Shown here in pieces: positions 58,077 through 64,000 of a stretch of 64,000 nt of DNA. Numbering within the stretch: the stretch's first letter is position 1; each line of letters opens with the position of its first letter. This DNA is from Pseudomonadota bacterium (GTDB taxonomy: Bacteria; Bdellovibrionota; Bdellovibrionia; Bdellovibrionales; Bdellovibrionaceae): contig JBEGVH010000010.1 in NCBI GenBank assembly GCA_041178425.1, positions 64,001-128,000 on the forward strand, given 5' to 3'. A model generated the notes under the pieces. The model was not told the DNA's origin. It was given only the letters and a program-made list of their open reading frames with translations, and did no database searches. The position numbers and the translations under genes were made by a program.

Positions 58077-59498
58077 CTATTCGTTCGATCGGAGTTTCGG
58101 ATCAAGAGCATCACGAAGTCCATCGCCAAGTAGGTTGAATGAAAGAACTGTTAAACTGATGACAATCGCAGGTGCAAAAAACTCATAGGGCCGAGTGAGC
58201 AAACTCTGAATTGCATCATTACACATAGCGCCCCAAGAGGTCGCAGGAGCCGCAATTCCTAATCCAATAAAAGACAGAAAGGCCTCAGTAAAAATGGCCG
58301 ATGGAATTTGAAACGTCAGTGTTACGAGAATAACTCCTATGAGATTTGGTAACATATGCCTGGCGATCAAATAACCCGAACTCGCTCCCATCATTCTGGC
58401 CGCCTGAACAAATTCACTATTTCTAAGCTGAAGAATTTGCCCCCGCACTAAGCGGGCCGTACCAGTCCAAGATAGAACCACCAAACTTATGAGCAAGGCA
58501 GTTATTCCCGATTCGCCGGGTCCTACATTAAGAACAACCTTTAAAAGAATCATGAATAATAAAAAAGGAAGGCCGGTAATTAGATCGGTAAGCCGCATTA
58601 GAACGGTATCTATGGATCCACCAAAAAAACCTGCAACACCCCCGAGGGCAATTCCAAAAATCACCGAAAGAACAGACGCAAAAACCCCAATAAAGAGAGA
58701 GACCCGTCCCCCAGACATTAAGCGTGCGAGGATATCGCGTCCTAAGGAATCGGTCCCCAGAGGAGCGGCGGGTAAATCGATAACGGCTCCCAATTTTGCG
58801 TCAGCAACAAACGTACGAGCTGACTCAAGATCTATGGCATTCAAAACCTGCACGGGAATCGTCAAAGCCTTGTCGGTTTCTTCGCCGTTAAAATCTTTTG
58901 TAACGATAGTGTAATAGTAAAGTCGATCTTCTAGGGTTTGAATATCCTCAAAATTAAATTGTTGAGGTGTAGCGATATCTCCAACTGGTACCCCCCAACG
59001 ATCTCCTAGGGGCTCGACCTCATCACGATACACAGTATATCCACCGCCGACACCATTGGGATCCCATTCAAGCAATACTCTTTGTGTGGTCGGAGTGCTA
59101 ATCACACGAAGATTAGAGACCGATGAGATAAGTGTATGGGAATTCGCCGGGACCGTCTCAACTAGTTTAGCCAACTTTGGCTCGAAGGTCGGCGCATCAC
59201 CCACAATTACGGCCTTACGCCCGAGCGTTGGCGGAGTTGAGGGGCTCGTATTATCTTGATAGGTCGGATCAATCGTCCAAAAAAAGGGCCCTACAAAAGA
59301 AAACAAAATGAGGACGTGCGCCAAGGTAAAGGCAAATAGTGATTGTTTATTTGCAACAAAGCGCCTGAAGGCGTCTTGCCAATAGGATAAAGAGGGCCTT
59401 ACGATGCTTAACTTGGAATCTTCTTTAATCGCCGGGCGAAATAATTCGAAGTCTAATTTTGTTATTTCTTGCACCGAAAATGTCTGTTCATTACTCAT
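58077..59498 (-). CDS. oppC: Oligopeptide ABC permease with periplasmic FN3-like insertion
   Basis: SYWQDAFRRF, LGTDSLGRD, EAA loop (EFVQAARMMGA), GDGLRDALDP. About 150 extra residues in the first periplasmic loop. Confidence 0.88.
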   Translation of the reverse strand: MSNEQTFSVQEITKLDFELFRPAIKEDSKLSIVRPSLSYWQDAFRRFVANKQSLFAFTLAHVLILFSFVGPFFWTIDPTYQDNTSPSTPPTLGRKAVIVGDAPTFEPKLAKLVETVPANSHTLISSVSNLRVISTPTTQRVLLEWDPNGVGGGYTVYRDEVEPLGDRWGVPVGDIATPQQFNFEDIQTLEDRLYYYTIVTKDFNGEETDKALTIPVQVLNAIDLESARTFVADAKLGAVIDLPAAPLGTDSLGRDILARLMSGGRVSLFIGVFASVLSVIFGIALGGVAGFFGGSIDTVLMRLTDLITGLPFLLFMILLKVVLNVGPGESGITALLISLVVLSWTGTARLVRGQILQLRNSEFVQAARMMGASSGYLIARHMLPNLIGVILVTLTFQIPSAIFTEAFLSFIGLGIAAPATSWGAMCNDAIQSLLTRPYEFFAPAIVISLTVLSFNLLGDGLRDALDPKLRSNE

Positions 59499-59509
59499 AG
59501 ATTCAGCTC

Positions 59510-60448
59510 CTAAGCTCCAGCAATTCGAATTCGTGGATCAATAAAGCCATAGATTATATCGACAATAATAACTACGATGACGAGATAGGTTCCATAAAAT
59601 ACAGTCAGACCCATAATCACCGTGTAATCGAGCTGCTGAACGGCTTGAACAAAGTACCTCCCTAATCCAGGAATCGCGAAAACAATTTCAGCCACAAATC
59701 CGCCCGTTGTGATCGCAGCTACCGCAGGCCCAAGAAAAGTTATCACCGGCAACACCGCATTTCTGAGTTGGTGTCGAATAAAAATCTTTATCGGAGCGAC
59801 ACCTTTCGCCTTTGCCGTACGGATATAATCTTGATGAACAACTTCGAGCATGGAAGATCTCATAAGCCGAGCCAAGAAGGCCATTGTACCCAAACCGAGA
59901 ATCAGACCAGGAAGTATTAAATGGGCAAGTGTTCCCCATCCAGCCACTGGCAAGATTTCTACACCAAACTTCTTTTTGATCTCTGCAAGACCGACTTGGG
60001 CAAAAGCAGCAAATACGAAGCTAGGCACAGAAACAAAAAGAATAACCAGCGACATAATCGTACGATCAGGCCATTGATTTCTTCTGATAGCTGCCACGGC
60101 TCCACCAACGATACCCCCGAGGGCCGCGGTAATAATGGCTACCAACCCCAGAAGCGCAGACACCGGGAAGTGTTCACGAATGATGTCATTGACTGAACGA
60201 TTCTGTTGAGTGAACGATATTCCGAAATCACCCTTCAGCATATTAGTCAGAAAAGTGACGTACTGAACGAAGAGAGGCTGATTGAGACCATACTTGGTCT
60301 CTAAATTTTGACGAACCACTTCGTTGACGACCTTTGCCCGCATTAATGGGTCCCCCGGAACGGCGTGCATCGCAAAAAAAGTGATTGTAGCAATCGCATA
60401 CACCGTCATGAGTCCAATAAGAATCCGCTTCATAGCATATGAAAACAC
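59510..60448 (-). CDS. oppB: Oligopeptide ABC permease
   Basis: PGDP, YGLNQP, DFGIS, DYIRTAKAKG, DPRIR. Confidence 0.92.
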   Translation of the reverse strand: MFSYAMKRILIGLMTVYAIATITFFAMHAVPGDPLMRAKVVNEVVRQNLETKYGLNQPLFVQYVTFLTNMLKGDFGISFTQQNRSVNDIIREHFPVSALLGLVAIITAALGGIVGGAVAAIRRNQWPDRTIMSLVILFVSVPSFVFAAFAQVGLAEIKKKFGVEILPVAGWGTLAHLILPGLILGLGTMAFLARLMRSSMLEVVHQDYIRTAKAKGVAPIKIFIRHQLRNAVLPVITFLGPAVAAITTGGFVAEIVFAIPGLGRYFVQAVQQLDYTVIMGLTVFYGTYLVIVVIIVDIIYGFIDPRIRIAGA

Positions 60449-60464
60449 AAAGGCTCCCTGCGGA

Positions 60465-62096
60465 TCAGTCCGCTATTTTCACATTGGTTAAGTCTGGATC
60501 CGAACCTACGGCTCTTCGAACCAAACCCTTGATTTTATCCGAGTGTGTATAAATGATAGTTCTCTCGTATGTTGGAATAATCGGGAGTTCTTCTAGAATG
60601 ATTTTTTCTGCCTTAGCCATTTCACCCATTCGAGTTTGAGTATCAACAGTTCCTAATGCATTTCTTATGTGCTGATCATAGTCTTTATTAAACCATTGAC
60701 CCGTATTGTTTCCATTCCACGAAGTAAATAAGTCCACAAAAGTCATTGGGTCTGCGTAATCAGGTCCCCAACCGGCGGAAACAATATCAAAGTCTCCAGC
60801 TCTCATTTTTGCGAGTCGTTGTTTAAAGATTTGCTTATCCACCTTCAGTTGAATTCCTAAAGTCGTCTTCAACAAATTCTGCATATACTCAGCCTCTTTA
60901 GTTGCCGTTGGACTATCTGTTGTGAGCCACACGAGACTTGGTGGGCTCTTCAACTTTAACTCTTTCATGGCAGCAGCCAAATATTGCTTACCCATAGCAA
61001 TGTCATTTTTTACGGCTATCAATGGGAACTCTTTTCGAAATGGCCCATTTACTCCATTGAGCCAAGCGGGAATCAATCCCGTACCTGGAATAGTTCCTGG
61101 GATTCCAACAATTCTACTGACATATTGATTGGCATTAAAAACAGAGCGAATAGCCTTGCGCAAATTTTTGTTTGCTGTGAGATGACCTTCGCGAAAATTA
61201 AAGCTGAAGTAAAACACAGTGCCATCAGTAAACTTCCTTAACTTAAAATGTTCCCTCTGAGCATTTGAGAGGTTTTCCTTATTAAGACCCAAAATATCAA
61301 TTTTTTGAGTCTTGAATAGATTAAAGCGAGCGGTCTCATCCGGAGTAATATAAGGAACATCGATCACATCGACATCTACGTTTTTCTTATTCCAATAAAA
61401 AGGGTTTCTCTCCATTCGAAGACTCGATCCATGAACCCAGGTGGTTAATTTAAACGGTCCGTTAAACAGCATGCTTTCAGGATTCGAAGCATACCGATCT
61501 TTCGTCCTCTGAACTAAATCCTCTCGAATGGGAAAATAGGTGGCAAAAGCTGTTAAGCCGAGAAAATACCCACAGGGCTTTTCAAACGTAACTTCGAGAG
61601 TTCGATCATCTTTAGCCACAGCACCCAGTTGCTCAAGTGGCAACTTTCCTTGATTGATAAGTTCGGCGTTCTTTATTGGATACAAGATGAACGAATATTC
61701 GCTGGCTGTCGCCGGATCCAAAGCTCGTCGCCAAGAAAAAACAAAATCTTTCGCCACCACCGGCTGCCCATCACTCCAACGAGCGTCTGCGCGTAGATAG
61801 AAAACGACGCCTTGCTCAGTTAGCGTCCATCGCTCCGCAACTCCGGGAGCTGTGTTACCATCTTTACCGTAGCGAGTAAGACCCTCCATTGAATGCCCTA
61901 AAACAAAAAAACTCTCAGAGTCTGTTGCGCGACCTGCATCTAAATTAGGAGGCTCGGTTGATAAGGCGAGAGTGACTGTTTTGAGTTTCAACTGAGAATA
62001 ACCAATAGAGGGAAAACCAAGGCAAAAAAGAACCTCGATCATGAGGGCCACTTTGATACCGTATTTTAGATAATTCAACACGCGTGGAAGGGTCAT
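60465..62096 (-). CDS. oppA: Oligopeptide ABC substrate-binding protein
   Basis: EGLTRY, WSDGQPV.AKDF..SW, NGPFKL, GWGPDYADP. Confidence 0.9.
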   Translation of the reverse strand: MTLPRVLNYLKYGIKVALMIEVLFCLGFPSIGYSQLKLKTVTLALSTEPPNLDAGRATDSESFFVLGHSMEGLTRYGKDGNTAPGVAERWTLTEQGVVFYLRADARWSDGQPVVAKDFVFSWRRALDPATASEYSFILYPIKNAELINQGKLPLEQLGAVAKDDRTLEVTFEKPCGYFLGLTAFATYFPIREDLVQRTKDRYASNPESMLFNGPFKLTTWVHGSSLRMERNPFYWNKKNVDVDVIDVPYITPDETARFNLFKTQKIDILGLNKENLSNAQREHFKLRKFTDGTVFYFSFNFREGHLTANKNLRKAIRSVFNANQYVSRIVGIPGTIPGTGLIPAWLNGVNGPFRKEFPLIAVKNDIAMGKQYLAAAMKELKLKSPPSLVWLTTDSPTATKEAEYMQNLLKTTLGIQLKVDKQIFKQRLAKMRAGDFDIVSAGWGPDYADPMTFVDLFTSWNGNNTGQWFNKDYDQHIRNALGTVDTQTRMGEMAKAEKIILEELPIIPTYERTIIYTHSDKIKGLVRRAVGSDPDLTNVKIAD

Positions 62097-62203
62097 CTCA
62101 AATAGCTCCTCATAAATTACAAATAGAGCCGCCACAATGGCTCATGGGGCAGTAATTTGCAATGCTGATGCCATCGTATTCGGAGCCGATTTGACTCCTG
62201 ATT

Positions 62204-62674
62204 TCAAGGCACTGGTTTGGTTTCAGACATGTTAAGGGTGGGTGAAGAATCCTTAAAAGCTTCATTCACAAACGGTGGCAATTCTGAAAAAAAATCCGAT
62301 GACCGGATCACAAACGGACCAGTATTTTCATTCTGAGCCTTCATTTGAAGGTGGTTTTTAAGCTTCTCAATTGGACCGGCAATCGCATGCGAAAGATACA
62401 AAAAGAAAAAGGAATTAAATATTAATAAAATTACGGTTCCAACAACCACGACAATTTTCAAATTAAATTCAATTTGAGAAAAAAAGCCGATCAACGACAT
62501 CGCCGTGTTTTGATCCATCATTTCGATTCGCTCAACGAAAAGCCGAATGAAATACGAATACGCAATGTAGAACAGAAAAACAATCGGCAAAGTGATCGCA
62601 AAAGAGGCAATGAGCATTTTTGTTTGGAATTCAGGATTGATAATATAACTTTTTCTTCTTCCCTTGATTGCCAC
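62204..62674 (-). CDS. Small two-TM membrane protein with HAMP-like tail
   Basis: RRKSYIINPEFQ, two TMs, SHAIAGPI...IRSSDFFSEL. Confidence 0.65.
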   Translation of the reverse strand: MAIKGRRKSYIINPEFQTKMLIASFAITLPIVFLFYIAYSYFIRLFVERIEMMDQNTAMSLIGFFSQIEFNLKIVVVVGTVILLIFNSFFFLYLSHAIAGPIEKLKNHLQMKAQNENTGPFVIRSSDFFSELPPFVNEAFKDSSPTLNMSETKPVP

Positions 62675-62786
62675 GTTATCCCCTTTTCAAAAAATAAACA
62701 GATAACATTAGTTTAGGGTTTTGTGGCTGAGTTCGCAATACCTTATCTTAATTCATTGGTATCACTGTGTGCGGTCCCAATTCGTC

Positions 62787-63659
62787 TTATAAATAGACGA
62801 TCTGTTTACAAGACAACTCTTCAGGCCTTAAGCCTTTAACCCTGGTAGAAAAAGGAGCTGTATCAGCTTTTGTCTTTCCCACAAAACTCACATACAAATC
62901 CACATCGGGCCAACGATGGGAGAGCTCCTTCAAACCCTGATCAGCTTTCTCGTAGTTTTTATAATCATCATCAATAAATATAAATTCCCCACGAATCTTC
63001 TCTCCTCGAGCCTGTCGCCGAACAACCTCTTTCTGAAGTTTGTCCAACACTCGCTCCATCGCAAGGACCTTTAACTTTTCTGTGGGAAATCCAAGTGCTC
63101 GCTGTTCCGGTGATCCAACTGGAAAAATAAATTCTTCGCGGGGGGTATATCGAAAATAACCCTGATTTGAAAGGTGGTCGACCGCTTGGTGCAATTCGCG
63201 GGCAGAATGCCCCCTGGCTGTAATAATCGAGAACCATTTCGCTTGCTCTGGATCATTCAATGACTCGGTTATGATATCCCATGCGGGCCCCTGCCACTGA
63301 TTCGGATCAGCCTGAGAAATGGTTGTTTGAATAGCTTCTAAAACTATATTGCGTTCGGGCGCATCGCTGAACTCTCTAAATGACTTAGAGTCGTCTGGAA
63401 ATCGCAATTCAAATTGCTCGAACTTTCCAGGCTTTCCCAAGCCCTCTCTTACGTGGGCAAAATCAAGAGTACTGACTCCAAGCTCGTTATCCGTCATTTT
63501 GTTATAGATATAGATCTTTGAACTCGTGTGCATGAAGGTATCGTCAAAGTCGACGGATAATGCCCTCAGTTTTTTAACCCCATCTTGAACTTGAGCATCA
63601 CTTCTTGAAGAATTTAGACTGATTAAAAAAATAAGCGAAAAAAGTACAAAGCCGCGCAT
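62787..63659 (-). CDS. Secreted HAD-superfamily phosphatase-like protein
   Basis: AGGAGAGG RBS before ATG 63659, signal peptide, DFDDT (motif I), ITARG (motif II), FIDDD (motif IV). Confidence 0.7.
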   Translation of the reverse strand: MRGFVLFSLIFLISLNSSRSDAQVQDGVKKLRALSVDFDDTFMHTSSKIYIYNKMTDNELGVSTLDFAHVREGLGKPGKFEQFELRFPDDSKSFREFSDAPERNIVLEAIQTTISQADPNQWQGPAWDIITESLNDPEQAKWFSIITARGHSARELHQAVDHLSNQGYFRYTPREEFIFPVGSPEQRALGFPTEKLKVLAMERVLDKLQKEVVRRQARGEKIRGEFIFIDDDYKNYEKADQGLKELSHRWPDVDLYVSFVGKTKADTAPFSTRVKGLRPEELSCKQIVYL

Positions 63660-63809
63660 GCATACCTCTCCTGCGAAAAGAGAAAGCTGCAAGGCGTGTG
63701 CACACATTAAGACTATTATATGGACCTTGGACAAAATCTCGAGTGAATAACTTTTTGACACCTATAGCGCTCCCCGGGCGGACCCAGGGTGCCATCAAAG
63801 ATAAACTCT

Positions 63810-64000
63810 TTACTCTAGATAACCACGTTTTTGTTGATCTCGCTCGATAGATCTAAATAACGCCCCAAAGTTTCCTTCGCCAAAGGAATAATGGTTCTTA
63901 CGCTGAATGATCTCAATAAATATCGGTCCGATAATGTTTTTGGTGAAAATCTGAAGTAAGTATCCTTCTTCATCACCATCAACCAGAACATTAAAGTCCT
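63810..64000 (-). CDS. hppD: 4-hydroxyphenylpyruvate dioxygenase, 3' end only
   Basis: Not in the ORF track. Manual translation gives [62 protein letters not shown], the HPPD C-terminal signature. Confidence 0.9.
   Translation of the reverse strand, partial: DFNVLVDGDEEGYLLQIFTKNIIGPIFIEIIQRKNHYSFGEGNFGALFRSIERDQQKRGYLE

Noticed and set aside
63686..63704. Sigma54 promoter before the HAD gene (TGTGCACACGCCTTGCA)
   Set aside because: The essential -24 GG is TG.

Overview
A gene-dense 64 kb chromosomal window, most likely from a Bdellovibrionota-like predatory bacterium. That assignment is inferred from the DUF507 pair with a Lys-rich GroES2, many orphan secreted proteins and lipoproteins, sigma54 activators, and FliA-type promoters. 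Housekeeping content: addAB, a Xer-type recombinase, lgt-lspA, PBP1B, a panG-like-panB-panC-coaBC-coaX-panD operon, apt, a CoA-transferase, type-2 ileS, trmO, an opp ABC operon and the 3' end of hppD. I saw no rRNA, tRNA, CRISPR array or IS element. The best candidate for an undescribed system is on the minus strand at about 25.9-31.0 kb. A sigma54-type promoter precedes a radical SAM/SPASM maturase, an overlapping 53-aa peptide with a ranthipeptide-like MKHIK leader (not called correctly in the ORF track), a CHASE2 histidine kinase and an NtrC-type activator. This may be a self-inducing RiPP signalling circuit. Other notable loci: a divergent ornithine-lipid cluster with its own arginase and mirrored Pho-box-like repeats; a cheY-cheX-FIST(NosP)-CheA-like operon with no receptor or CheW, under sigma28-like promoters; and a Cyc2-like cytochrome-porin next to a dihaem lipoprotein. 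All product calls come from motif recognition by eye, without database searches.
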